DNA of 56,366 nucleotides, taken from IMG/VR virus record IMGVR_UViG_3300028920_000081, positions 1-56,366 of that record; one strand, 5' to 3'. A program made the translations under genes and the position numbers. This document shows positions 9,652 to 19,278 of this stretch, piece by piece (within the stretch, counting starts at the first letter, position 1; the number at the start of each line of letters is the position of its first letter). The notes beneath the pieces were generated by a model. It worked only from the letters and a program-made list of their open reading frames with translations, made no database searches and was not told where the DNA came from. The stretch is from a virus (lineage: Duplodnaviria; Caudoviricetes).

Positions 9652-10103
9652 TGGAAAATTTAATTGAAACTGGTGGAAAAATAGAAGAAGTAAAAGAATC
9701 TCCAACGTCTAATAATAAGATTAAAACAGACGTTAAATTAGTTAATGATTTAAAAAGATATTCAATGTTTTCTACTCTCCCAGATAATGCTAATATAGGG
9801 GATAATATTTATTTTAAGTATAAGGAAGTTAAAAAAGATGACAGAACATTCTATAATATCGACCATATAATTGCTGTAGAAAAGGTAGGAGATACTCCAA
9901 CAGATGGTGAAAAAAAAGCTATTATTAGACCTGAAAGAACTGAAAGTGATGAAAAGTCATTGAAAGCTTCTGAAATTGATTCTAATAAAGCTATTCTTAT
10001 GAGGTCTGCAGTAGAATTGTGTATAAAAAGAAATGATTTATCTGATGAATCTGTAGAAAAATCATATAATAGATTATTAAATTTGGTGAATAAAAGTGGC
10101 TAA
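9651..10103 (+). CDS. OB-fold (SSB-like) protein
   Basis: YSMF...IGDNIYFKY...FYNI beta pattern; paralogue of 39148..39594. Confidence 0.55.
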   Translation: MENLIETGGKIEEVKESPTSNNKIKTDVKLVNDLKRYSMFSTLPDNANIGDNIYFKYKEVKKDDRTFYNIDHIIAVEKVGDTPTDGEKKAIIRPERTESDEKSLKASEIDSNKAILMRSAVELCIKRNDLSDESVEKSYNRLLNLVNKSG

Positions 10104-10734
10104 AGTAGTTATGGCTGTTCCGATATATGTATCTCAAGACCCTAAAATTAGAAAGAACCACGAATGGATAAGAAAAACCTCTAAGCACGAAGTTCTTCTT
10201 TTGGAAGTTTCTGGAATTACAATAGTTAATGCAAGACAGATTATTCAAGATAAATTTTTAGAAACAGATGCAGATTATTTCTTTATGCTAGATGATGATT
10301 TATTCTTTTATGATGTCCCACATATCAATCCTCTAGATAAACTTATTGAATTAAATAAAGATGTTGTTGGAGCATTATACGTAATAAAACACCCTCCTCA
10401 TTATCCAGTTTATAGGCCAATAGATTTGCAGAGAGAATATGAGAAAACAGGAAAATTTCCAAATTATAAATTTGAAATTCCTACAGAAGTTTTTGAAGCT
10501 GAATGGATTGGGGGTGGTTGTATTCTTGCTAAAAGAGAAGTGATAGAAAAAATCGCAGCTAAATATCATTATGCTTATTGTCCTATGGTTCATTGTGGAG
10601 AATTTTTAGGGGAAGATTATTCTTTTTGTAAAAGAGCAAGAGATTTAGGATATTCTATTTGGATGGACCCCTCGATAAAAATTGGACATCAAGGAAAATA
10701 TTTCTATTCTTTAAGTGATTATAACCCTAATTGA
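10096..10734 (+). CDS. Glycosyltransferase, GT-A/GT2-like
   Basis: DYFFMLDDD (DxD), GGGCIL, GEDYSFC...DPSIKIGH. Confidence 0.85.
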   Translation: MAKVVMAVPIYVSQDPKIRKNHEWIRKTSKHEVLLLEVSGITIVNARQIIQDKFLETDADYFFMLDDDLFFYDVPHINPLDKLIELNKDVVGALYVIKHPPHYPVYRPIDLQREYEKTGKFPNYKFEIPTEVFEAEWIGGGCILAKREVIEKIAAKYHYAYCPMVHCGEFLGEDYSFCKRARDLGYSIWMDPSIKIGHQGKYFYSLSDYNPN

Positions 10735-10761
10735 AGTTCTTATAAAAAACCTTACATATAC

Positions 10762-10774
10762 AAAGATTTAAATA
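10762..10774 (+). promoter_or_regulatory. BRE/TATA promoter of the capsid operon, leaderless
   Basis: AAAGATTTAAATA 25 nt before ATG 10799. Confidence 0.6.
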
Positions 10775-10798
10775 TTAGTTATCCCTCTATATATTAGA

Positions 10799-11992
10799 AT
10801 GGCTTACAAAACTTTAATACTTGGAGAAGAAACTCTTTCTAAAAACGATGTTCTAAAAGTCCCTCATATTATAAAAAATAAAGTTTTGATGGCTCCTGGA
10901 ACTTGGAATGATATGAATTATACTTCTGAAGATATTAAACAAGCTTTTGAAAACACTAATTGGAGTGATAAAGATGTTTGTTCTTTAATTTTAGATCATG
11001 CAGATAAACCTCTCTCTTTAAAAGATTGGGTTGGCTGGGTTAAAAATCCTAGATTTGATGAAGCTAGTGGAAAAGTATTAGGAGATTTAGAATTTTATGA
11101 TGAAAATATTCTTACTAAGGTTTTAGTTGCTGGTGCTAGATGTGGAGTATCTCCAAAGGTTAGGGGAGATGAAATGGACGGTTTTTTAAGAAATTTTACT
11201 TTTGAAAATTTTTCAGTAGTTACAAATCCTGCTGTAAAAAAAGCTTACATAAATCTTTCTGAAAATTATTCTTGTGAATGTTTAAAATGTGGTCATACTA
11301 TTCAAACAAAAGAACATTGTAGGGATATTAAATGTCCTAAATGTGGAGGAGAAATGAGAAGGTCTGAAAGACCTGGCCCAGGTCAAGAAAATTCAAATTT
11401 TAAAGAGGTGAAAGGAGGTTTAAAAAAAGAAATGTCCGAAGATAAAATTGAAGAAAAAGTTGATGAAAAAGAAAAAGAAGAAAAATCTGAAGTAAAGGAA
11501 GAAGAAAAAGATGAAGAATCTAAGGAATCTGAATCTGAAGAAGAAGAAAAAACTTCTGAAGAAATGAGTGATTTATTAGAGGTTTCATCAAATGAAGACT
11601 GGCCTGGATTTGTTAAATCAATGAAAGAAAAGAAATCTGACGTTACTCTAAGTGAGATAATGAAAGCTTACAAAGAAGGAAGGGAAGCTTCTGCTAAGCT
11701 AGAAGAATTATCTACTGATGAGATTGTTAAGAGAGTAAATGAATTAACAGCAGTCTTGAAAAAGAGAAACAATGCAATTCCTGAACCTAAGAAAGATAAT
11801 ACTCAAGAAATGGCTAATGAAATAAAAGATTTGAAAAATCAAATCAAAGAAATGTCTGCTAAGATGAATGAACCAGATTCAAAATCTGTTCATAACCTTT
11901 CAGAACAAAGCTATACTTTAGAGGAAAAACATCATTCTGATGGTGTAATGGGAATGGCGGACTTTTTGAAAAAGTTAAAAAACGAACAATGA
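10799..11992 (+). CDS. Prohead protease/scaffold with internal Zn-ribbon
   Basis: ILDH, GVSP, FSVVTNPA protease motifs; CLKCG...HC...CPKCGG; acidic/coiled-coil C-terminus; directly upstream of MCP. Confidence 0.8.
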   Translation: MAYKTLILGEETLSKNDVLKVPHIIKNKVLMAPGTWNDMNYTSEDIKQAFENTNWSDKDVCSLILDHADKPLSLKDWVGWVKNPRFDEASGKVLGDLEFYDENILTKVLVAGARCGVSPKVRGDEMDGFLRNFTFENFSVVTNPAVKKAYINLSENYSCECLKCGHTIQTKEHCRDIKCPKCGGEMRRSERPGPGQENSNFKEVKGGLKKEMSEDKIEEKVDEKEKEEKSEVKEEEKDEESKESESEEEEKTSEEMSDLLEVSSNEDWPGFVKSMKEKKSDVTLSEIMKAYKEGREASAKLEELSTDEIVKRVNELTAVLKKRNNAIPEPKKDNTQEMANEIKDLKNQIKEMSAKMNEPDSKSVHNLSEQSYTLEEKHHSDGVMGMADFLKKLKNEQ

Positions 11993-13095
11993 AACCAAAA
12001 AGTATAAGAGAATTAGCTGCAACTGAAACTCCTGATGTAAGAGGTGCTAGTAATACATTCTACGGATTGCAACCTGTACAATTTCTTAAGGAAATTGTTG
12101 ATGCTGCAAAGAAGCAATTATATTTTGCTAATTTTGTAAGAGTTATGTATGCTCCAAAAGGAGTACATGATGTTGTAATTCCAAAGAGAACTGCATTTGA
12201 GGGAAGATCTGGAATGACTTTCAATACTGCTGGTAGTGATACTGGTGGTAGTGGAGCTGGAACAGGTCCTTACGCAAATACTATAGCAGATATTAGCTGG
12301 ACATCATTGGATAATTTAACTTCTGTAACTGTAACACCACAACCGGTTCTTGCAGGGTATGCTCTTAGAAGATACGATATTGATACTAATGCCGTTAATC
12401 TTTTAGAAGCTGCTAGAGAAGAATTAAGTTATGCTATTGGTGATAGAGTTGATAGAGCTGTTGCTGTTGCTATTGGTGATGCAACTGTTGCTGCAGACAC
12501 AACTGTTGGTGCTCAAACACTATACGGTGGTGATGCAACTGGTGCTGACGAATTATCTGCTGGAGATGTTATTACAACTGATCTAGTAGCTAAGGGTAAA
12601 AGATATTTACAGCAAACAAAGATGTATTATCGTGCAGATGGAGCTAATGGAACAGAAACTTTAGCTACAAGTACTAAGAATCCTTGGAATAATACTTCAG
12701 ACGATCCTTTCGTTCTGTTTATTGCTCCTGCTCAAGAAGAAACTTTCTTGAAAGATTCTCAATTTGTAAATGCTGCTGAATATGGAAGTGATATGATTGT
12801 TAAGAATGGTGAAATTGGAACATATCTTGGTATCAGAGTTGTTGTAACAAACAATGTTGAACAAACTGCTGCTAGTGGAACTGCGCCAGACGCAACTAGT
12901 GCTGCTGTTGCTTGTACAAGATGTATTCTATGTAAGCCAAAAGCTGCATGTGCTTTAGTATGGGGAAAGAGTCCAGAAATAAAAGTATTTGATTACCCTA
13001 CTCAAGATCAGATGAGAATTGGATTGTACACTGCATATAATGTTGGTGTATTACAAGCTGATGCTATAGTTTTCATCGATGTTTCAGACGCATAA
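11989..13095 (+). CDS. Major capsid protein (HK97 fold)
   Basis: Position; LSYAIGDRVD, LLKD-like FLKDSQF, NGEIGTYLGIRVVVTN signature. Confidence 0.9.
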   Translation: MKPKSIRELAATETPDVRGASNTFYGLQPVQFLKEIVDAAKKQLYFANFVRVMYAPKGVHDVVIPKRTAFEGRSGMTFNTAGSDTGGSGAGTGPYANTIADISWTSLDNLTSVTVTPQPVLAGYALRRYDIDTNAVNLLEAAREELSYAIGDRVDRAVAVAIGDATVAADTTVGAQTLYGGDATGADELSAGDVITTDLVAKGKRYLQQTKMYYRADGANGTETLATSTKNPWNNTSDDPFVLFIAPAQEETFLKDSQFVNAAEYGSDMIVKNGEIGTYLGIRVVVTNNVEQTAASGTAPDATSAAVACTRCILCKPKAACALVWGKSPEIKVFDYPTQDQMRIGLYTAYNVGVLQADAIVFIDVSDA

Positions 13096-13099
13096 ACAT

Positions 13100-13137
13100 T
13101 AATTTATTTTATTTTTTTTATGTTTTTTATTTTTTTT
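13100..13137 (+). terminator. Oligo-T terminator after MCP
   Basis: Several T5-T8 runs right after the stop codon. Confidence 0.65.
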
Positions 13138-13224
13138 AGGTAAAAACATACCATTCGTGTGGAAGTTGTTAAAACAACAGGCCTCCTTAGGAGGTATCAC
13201 GAAATTAAATTTAGGAGGAAAAAA

Positions 13225-13515
13225 ATGGGAAGATATGGATTACACTCAGGTTACGGAAAATTCCAAAATATTCAAAGTGGGAATACAGACATTACTGTAG
13301 ATGGAAATGGAGATGGAACTCAAGCAGTTGTTTTTGCTAAACCTATGAAGAATACGCCTTCTGTATTATTAACTCAACAAGAAGAAGATACTACAGGAAC
13401 TTTGAATGCTACAAGTATTACTGGTGCTGGATTCACTGCAAAAATTGATGGTTCATCAGTTACTGGTGATGATGTAACAGTTGGTTGGTTAGCAATAGAT
13501 GACGAACAAAACTAA
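13225..13515 (+). CDS. Probable capsid decoration/fibre protein (H-type-lectin/gp53-like beta fold)
   Basis: AVVFAKPMKNTPSVLLT...GFT...WLAI; start moved to ATG 13225 behind AGGAGG. Confidence 0.6.
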   Translation: MGRYGLHSGYGKFQNIQSGNTDITVDGNGDGTQAVVFAKPMKNTPSVLLTQQEEDTTGTLNATSITGAGFTAKIDGSSVTGDDVTVGWLAIDDEQN

Positions 13516-13532
13516 TTCTTCTCTGTTTAAAA

Positions 13533-13787
13533 ATGAAGGAAAAAGTTAACCTAAAACATGAATATAAGAAGTTAGTAAGATCTGGAGATAGCTCTAAGGC
13601 TCAAAAAGTTTTAGAAAAAATTTGGAAACTTTGTGGTATTGTTAAAAATACTATTACTCCAAAGAAATATACAAAAGAAGAATTGGAGTCAAAAAGTTTT
13701 TTTGAATTAAGAAAAATTGGATATAAAGTAGGAACAAAAGGCAGAGGAAAAGAAGAATTAGTTAAAGAGATCTTGGAATTACAATAA
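13533..13787 (+). CDS. Small protein with Rho-N/HeH-like C-terminal domain
   Basis: YTKEELESKSFFELRKIG...KEELVKEILELQ. Confidence 0.6.
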   Translation: MKEKVNLKHEYKKLVRSGDSSKAQKVLEKIWKLCGIVKNTITPKKYTKEELESKSFFELRKIGYKVGTKGRGKEELVKEILELQ

Positions 13788-13789
13788 AA

Positions 13790-13820
<31 letters not shown>

Positions 13821-13826
13821 AAAAAG

Positions 13827-13866
13827 ATTTATAAAGTCCATTATACATAGGATTATATAATGGATA
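13827..13866 (+). promoter_or_regulatory. 40-bp TATA + palindromic operator + ATG, copy 1 (exact inverted copy at 39758-39797)
   Basis: ATTTATAAAGTCCATTATACATAGGATTATATAATGGATA; arms TCCATTATA/TATAATGGA with 10-nt spacer. Confidence 0.9.
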
Positions 13867-14540
13867 CATTAATTGTTGGTCGTGGGGAGATTGGTAAATC
13901 TCTTTATTCTGTTTTAAAGGATTCTTATAATGTTAATATAGTGGACATTAGTGATACTAGTGAGATGCTTCCAGGAATAATGCATATTTGTTTTCCTTAT
14001 TCTGAAAGATTTGTAGAACAAGTTAAAGCATATCAAAAATATTATGAACCTACATATACAATAATTCATTCTACTGTTCCTGTTGGAGTATCTAAGAAAT
14101 GTAATGCAATTCATTCTCCTTGCGTCGGGATACACCCTCATTTAGCAAAGAGTCTGAAAACTTTTACTAAGTTTCTTGGAGGAGAAAAAGCTAGTGAAGT
14201 TGCTCAATATTTTAGAAGGGCTGGAATTAATATTTATTTATTTGATAAGTCGGAAACAACAGAATTAATGAAAGTTCTTTCTACAAGTTTTTATGGATTG
14301 CTAATAGAATGGACTAAGGAAGTTAAAAGACAATGCGAAAAATATGATGTTCCTTTTGAAGCATGGACTTTATGGACTAATAATTATAACAGAGGATATA
14401 ATCTTCTTGGGTACCCAGAATATACCAGACCAAATTTAATTCCTATAAAAACTAAGATTGGTGGGCATTGCATTATTCCTAATTTAGATTTTTTAGAAGG
14501 AACTTTTTTTAAATTAATTAAGGAGTTGAATAATGGTTAA
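13860..14540 (+). CDS. Nucleotide-sugar (UDP-glucose/GDP-mannose-type) dehydrogenase-like protein, lacking C-terminal domain
   Basis: IVGRGEIG, IIHSTVPVG, ETTELMK, IGGHCI (catalytic Cys). Confidence 0.8.
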   Translation: MDTLIVGRGEIGKSLYSVLKDSYNVNIVDISDTSEMLPGIMHICFPYSERFVEQVKAYQKYYEPTYTIIHSTVPVGVSKKCNAIHSPCVGIHPHLAKSLKTFTKFLGGEKASEVAQYFRRAGINIYLFDKSETTELMKVLSTSFYGLLIEWTKEVKRQCEKYDVPFEAWTLWTNNYNRGYNLLGYPEYTRPNLIPIKTKIGGHCIIPNLDFLEGTFFKLIKELNNG

Positions 14541-15600
14541 ATTTAATTGGAGGCAAAAAGATAATTATGTTTTTCTTCAGAATAAAGATATTGAAATCCA
14601 CTTTGAAGTTCCAAATAATTTTAAATTAAATGATACCCATCCAACTTTATTAAGATTAGTTGAATATTTAGTCTTTGGTCCTTTTGAGAAAGAGGTTTTT
14701 AAAAGAAGTGATATTCTTAAATGGAAGAAAAGAGTATTTAAAAAAACAGGAGATATTGCTCTTTCATGGAGTACTGGAAAGGACTCTACTGCTGCAATGT
14801 TAGTTCTCCCAGAAAATACTTTATTATTTTATCATCAAAGAGATGAATATCTTGGAGGTTCACTAGACCAAGATAACGCATTTAGATTTATAAATCATAT
14901 TAAAGGAAAAAAGAGATTATTTGTTTCTAAATCTAATCAAGAAAAAGTTAGAATGTTGCATGGAAAAGAAAGGGGTTTTTCTACACCCTTTAGTTGTGTT
15001 GCTGGTCTTGTTTTATTAGCTGATCATTTTAAATTAAATTATATCGCTACTGGGACTATGTTAGATTCTACTTTTATTGAAAAAGGATGTAAATATAGAG
15101 ATTTAAAAGAATTTTGGAGTAGATGGGGGCTTATTTTTGGTAGAGCTGGTTTAAAGCTTGTGCTTCCTGTTGGAAATATTTCAGAGGTTTTAACAAGCAA
15201 GATAGTTTCTATGAGTGAATATGATGAATATTCTTTTTCTTGTATAAGAGGGAATAATGGAAAGGCTTGTGGGAAATGTTATAAATGTTTTAGAAAAAAT
15301 CTTTTAGATGGAAAGGAAGTGATTTATTCTTCAAATGCAGATAGAGCTCTTTATCATTCAGATCATTTACATCAAGGAGATGCTTTAATTTGGGCGTATC
15401 AAAGGAGTAATTTAAAAATTCCTAGATTAGAAGAATATAGAAATCTTGATTTGTCTTTTTTGGAAAGATATTATCCTCTTGGGAATCATTTAATTCCAGA
15501 AAAATATAGATCTTTTGTATTGGAAAAATTTAAAGAATATGATATTAAACCAATGAATAAGGAGGATATTAAGAAACTCAAAAAAATAGATATAAAATGA
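14533..15600 (+). CDS. PP-loop (adenine nucleotide alpha-hydrolase, QueC/DUF6395-like) protein
   Basis: ALSWSTGKDSTAA PP-loop; SCIR...CGKCYKCFRK Zn motif. Confidence 0.65.
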   Translation: MVKFNWRQKDNYVFLQNKDIEIHFEVPNNFKLNDTHPTLLRLVEYLVFGPFEKEVFKRSDILKWKKRVFKKTGDIALSWSTGKDSTAAMLVLPENTLLFYHQRDEYLGGSLDQDNAFRFINHIKGKKRLFVSKSNQEKVRMLHGKERGFSTPFSCVAGLVLLADHFKLNYIATGTMLDSTFIEKGCKYRDLKEFWSRWGLIFGRAGLKLVLPVGNISEVLTSKIVSMSEYDEYSFSCIRGNNGKACGKCYKCFRKNLLDGKEVIYSSNADRALYHSDHLHQGDALIWAYQRSNLKIPRLEEYRNLDLSFLERYYPLGNHLIPEKYRSFVLEKFKEYDIKPMNKEDIKKLKKIDIK

Positions 15601-16511
15601 TAAAAGTTTTTTTAATTGCTACTGGTTATTCTGATAATTTTAATCATGTATTTGGTGGAAGTCCAATGGAATATTTGTCTCTCAAAACTGCTTTTGATAG
15701 GGAAAAAGATTATATCTTTGAAGTTATGCCTCAATCAAAATTTGATTTTGAAGTAGTAAAGAGGAAAAGAGAAGAAGGTTATATTATCCATTGTGAATCT
15801 TGGACTTGCCTATGTAAATTATATAAGGAAAATTTTATTCCAGATGTTTTAGGTCCAACAATTCAATCTCCTTTTAAAAATGAACAAAGATTACAAAGTT
15901 TAAAGGATATAAATTTTCCTATTGATAATTACTTTTTATCTACAGTTATTAGAAATAATTCTGCAGAAGAAAGATCTTATCCAGAAATGGCCAAAAAAAT
16001 TAAGTATATTCACTTGGGGGTTGATACTGATAAGCTTAAACCTTCTAATAATGAAAAAAAATTAATTCTTTGGGCAGGAGATTCTTCTCGTTCTTGTAAG
16101 AATTTTGAATTAATGAAAGAAATAATGAAGATTACTAAACTTCCAAAACCTTATGAATTTAAGATATTATCTCAGTATAATGTATTAGATTATTGGAATA
16201 TCCTTAATCAAACAAAGATAGTTATTAATACAAGCAAATGGGAAAGCTTTTGTTTTGCTATGTTTGAAGCAGAATCTAAAGGAGTTCCAGTTATTTATAA
16301 AAAAGGCTTACATGGAAATGTTCATAAAGACAATCATATACAAGTAGAAAATACTCCAGAAGCATATAGGGACAAAATATTAGAATTATTAAATAATGAA
16401 GAATTATATAAAAAAGAAAGCAAATATGCCAGAGATTATACTATTAAAAATTCAAGTTATGAGATGATGGTTAAAACTTTTGGGGATATTTATAAGGGGA
16501 TTAAAAAATGA
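15597..16511 (+). CDS. Glycosyltransferase, GT-B/GT4-like
   Basis: LGVDTDKLKP, TSKWESFCFAMFEAESKGVPVI (Ex7E). Confidence 0.85.
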   Translation: MIKVFLIATGYSDNFNHVFGGSPMEYLSLKTAFDREKDYIFEVMPQSKFDFEVVKRKREEGYIIHCESWTCLCKLYKENFIPDVLGPTIQSPFKNEQRLQSLKDINFPIDNYFLSTVIRNNSAEERSYPEMAKKIKYIHLGVDTDKLKPSNNEKKLILWAGDSSRSCKNFELMKEIMKITKLPKPYEFKILSQYNVLDYWNILNQTKIVINTSKWESFCFAMFEAESKGVPVIYKKGLHGNVHKDNHIQVENTPEAYRDKILELLNNEELYKKESKYARDYTIKNSSYEMMVKTFGDIYKGIKK

Positions 16512-17200
16512 TAGTTTTTTTTAGAGATGATGATGTAGATGAAGTTAATCCTCAATTAACTAATTTGGTTAAGATGTTTGCAGAGGAAAAAGTTCCTATT
16601 AATTTAGAAGTTGTTCCTGGGAGAGTTGGAATTAGTACAACGCCAATAAATAATTTAAAGAATTTTTTTAATAAATATAAAGATTTTATAGAGGTTCATC
16701 AACATGGATTTAATCATTTTGAATATGCTCCAAGAAATGAATTTCCTGATGAGAGGATAAATTTAGTGGTTAGTGAAGAAATTAAGGCAGGAAAGATATT
16801 TTTAGAAACTTATTTCAAGGAATTTTTTTATCCTGCATTTACTCCCCCCTGGCATAGAATAGGAAAATTTCATATCCCAGTAATAGAAAAATTAGGCTTT
16901 AAGATAATTTCTGCAGGATTTAATTTAAATCATAAACTAAAAGATTTATCTGTTTATACTGACCTCTCTATATTTGATAATAAACTTAAAAAAAGTAGAT
17001 TTGCTACAAAAGAAGAATTAATTGAAAAGTTTGAAAAACTTAAGAAAGAAAAATCTTCTGAAATGATAGGATTTTATCTTCACCATAAGTTCTATAAAAC
17101 TCCGGAATCTATAGAACCTATAAGAGAATTTATTAAATATTTAAAAGAAAAGGAGGTAAAAATTAAAACATTTAGTCAAATATGGGAGCTTCACAAATAA
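16508..17200 (+). CDS. Polysaccharide deacetylase (NodB/CE4-like)
   Basis: FFRDDDV, HQHGFNH, FTPPWHR, YLHH. Confidence 0.85.
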   Translation: MIVFFRDDDVDEVNPQLTNLVKMFAEEKVPINLEVVPGRVGISTTPINNLKNFFNKYKDFIEVHQHGFNHFEYAPRNEFPDERINLVVSEEIKAGKIFLETYFKEFFYPAFTPPWHRIGKFHIPVIEKLGFKIISAGFNLNHKLKDLSVYTDLSIFDNKLKKSRFATKEELIEKFEKLKKEKSSEMIGFYLHHKFYKTPESIEPIREFIKYLKEKEVKIKTFSQIWELHK

Positions 17201-17673
17201 GTTACGTTCCAGCATTATGGGATATTGCAAATAGTGGATTTAAACCTAATAAGGTTTTAGAATTAGGTTGTGGTTGTAGTTCTTTCATGCTTAGATGGTT
17301 ATTTGAAAAGTCAAAATTACATATAATAGATGATAATTCCATTTGGTTTAATTGTACTGAAAATATGGGGGGATATTCAGCAGATTTTAGAAAATTAGCT
17401 AGAACCAAGCAGGATTTTTTAGACGGAATATTACAATTTGGAAAAATGGATTTGATCTTTGTAGATTGTGGACGTAGAGGGGATTATTCAGATAAATGGA
17501 GAAGTGATTTTTTGAAATTAATTAGGGAGAAAAAAATATTAAATCCAGAAGGGTTGATAATTTTACATGATGCAACTCGTCCTGAATATCAAGAAGAATG
17601 TAAAAATTGGGAATGTGATAAAAAGAAAGAGGAGGATACTTACATTTTAAAATGGCCTTTGAACCAAAAATAG
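17182..17673 (+). CDS. Class I SAM-dependent methyltransferase
   Basis: VLELGCGCSS, DLIFVD, GLIILHDA. Confidence 0.85.
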   Translation: MGASQISYVPALWDIANSGFKPNKVLELGCGCSSFMLRWLFEKSKLHIIDDNSIWFNCTENMGGYSADFRKLARTKQDFLDGILQFGKMDLIFVDCGRRGDYSDKWRSDFLKLIREKKILNPEGLIILHDATRPEYQEECKNWECDKKKEEDTYILKWPLNQK

Positions 17674-18485
17674 ATTTTGTAATTTCAGTAAGGGATAGAG
17701 ACAATAAAAGAATACAGATATGTGTAAATAGTCTTTTATCTAATATTACAAATAAGATATATGTTGTGGACTATGGTTCTAAAAAACCTATTAAGGGTTT
17801 AAAAAATTGTAAAGTAATAAGAGTTGATACTAAAAATAGATGGAACAAATGCCATGCTTTAAATATAGGAATAAAAAAATGCAAATCTTCCTATATTGGA
17901 ACAGTTGATTGTGATATGGTTATTGGGAATTGTTTTATGAAAAAAGTAAAGGAACATTTAAAGGGAGATGTTTTTCTTTTTACTCGTTCTGTTGCTAGGA
18001 TTGCTCCAGATCTTTTAGATTGGGGATTAGATAGAGAAAAGCTTATTAGACTTTCTTCTCCTTGGTCTGAAACAAAACTTCCGAGTTTGCATGCTGCTGT
18101 TGGAGGAATACAAATATTTCCAAAATGGTGGATTTTTAGAATAAGAGGATATGATGAAAATCTTACTTATTGGGGGGGAATGGATAATGATATATATGAA
18201 AGAGCATTTAGAACAGAATTGATTATGATTGATATTAATGAAATAATCTTTCATCAAGAACATAAGAATGTTAAAGAACAGAATTTAACTTCTAAAAAAG
18301 AGCAGGAAACTGCTTTATCTGAAAGACAAAAAAGAAGAATATATCTTATGTATAAATGGACTAAAAATATTAATGTTGGACCTAAAACATGGGGTGCTCC
18401 AACTAAACCTCAACAAAATCAAATAAATATTAATTTTCAAAATGGCAAAAAGAAAAAAGATACTGTTAGCAATAATAAGCAATAG
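17652..18485 (+). CDS. Glycosyltransferase GT2 with GT7C-like C-terminus
   Basis: YVVDYGS, LNIGIK, TVDCD, GYDENLTYWGGMDND. Confidence 0.9.
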   Translation: MAFEPKIDFVISVRDRDNKRIQICVNSLLSNITNKIYVVDYGSKKPIKGLKNCKVIRVDTKNRWNKCHALNIGIKKCKSSYIGTVDCDMVIGNCFMKKVKEHLKGDVFLFTRSVARIAPDLLDWGLDREKLIRLSSPWSETKLPSLHAAVGGIQIFPKWWIFRIRGYDENLTYWGGMDNDIYERAFRTELIMIDINEIIFHQEHKNVKEQNLTSKKEQETALSERQKRRIYLMYKWTKNINVGPKTWGAPTKPQQNQININFQNGKKKKDTVSNNKQ

Positions 18486-19077
18486 AAAATATTATCCTGC
18501 ATATTTTGTTAGGAGTGTTTTTGCAATAGCAAATCATACAAGACAATTTCATGACTTGGATATACAAACTTTTGAATCAGTTGAAGTTCAGCAAATGAGA
18601 AATAACGCATGCCATTTTGCTATTCATCATAAATATGATTATCTCTTTATGTTAGATGATGATATGAATTATCCTCAAAAATGTATAGTTGAATTAATGA
18701 AGCATAAGAAAGAATTTGTTGTTGGGAGTGCAACTCAAAGACGACCTCCATTCTATCCTACTCAATATAAAAATTTAAATGCAAAAAGATTTAAGGATAA
18801 AGTTAATAGAGTTTTTATAACAAAAGAAGATAAAAAATTAATAGAAGTTGATGGCTCTGGAGTTGTTGGAGCTCTAATAAAGGTTGATTCTCTTAAAAAA
18901 TTAAAGGCACCTTATTTTAGATTAGTTTGGAAGAAAAATGGATTTGATATAATTGGGAGTGATGTTTATTTTTGTAAGGAATGGAGAAAAACAGGGAAAA
19001 AAATTTATTTAGACCCTAAAATAAATTATGATCACGAAATAACTGCTTTTTCTAATAGTTTTGGAATTGTAACATAA
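18442..19077 (+). CDS. Glycosyltransferase, GT-A/GT2-like
   Basis: DYLFMLDDDM, GSDVYFC...DPKINYDH; paralogue of 10096..10734. Confidence 0.85.
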   Translation: MAKRKKILLAIISNRKYYPAYFVRSVFAIANHTRQFHDLDIQTFESVEVQQMRNNACHFAIHHKYDYLFMLDDDMNYPQKCIVELMKHKKEFVVGSATQRRPPFYPTQYKNLNAKRFKDKVNRVFITKEDKKLIEVDGSGVVGALIKVDSLKKLKAPYFRLVWKKNGFDIIGSDVYFCKEWRKTGKKIYLDPKINYDHEITAFSNSFGIVT

Positions 19078-19118
19078 GATTTATATAGTTTATTGTATTA
19101 TCTATTTTGGAGGTTAAT

Positions 19119-19277
19119 ATGACAGTATCTGTTACTCAAAAAGGAAAATTGGTGAGGCTTTCTGGAACTATCGCTGAAGTTCTAACTGAAATAGACGACC
19201 AGAATTTAGTTCAAGTTGTTTATTGGTCTGACAATGGAACAACTGCTACAGCATTATGCAGTAGAATAAAATTTTAA
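19119..19277 (+). CDS. Small hypothetical protein, 52 aa (not in ORF track)
   Basis: TATA (AAGATTTATATA 19076-19087) and GGAGG upstream; MTVSVTQKGKLVRLSG...SRIKF. Confidence 0.65.
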   Translation: MTVSVTQKGKLVRLSGTIAEVLTEIDDQNLVQVVYWSDNGTTATALCSRIKF

Positions 19278-19278
19278 T

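Noticed and set aside
13154-13203. Hammerhead ribozyme or c-di-GMP riboswitch
   Set aside because: No CUGAUGA/GAAA core and no GEMM-type consensus
14533-15600. 7-deazaguanine DNA modification or QatABCD system
   Set aside because: No folE, queD, queE, dpdA or qat partners; neighbours are glycan enzymes
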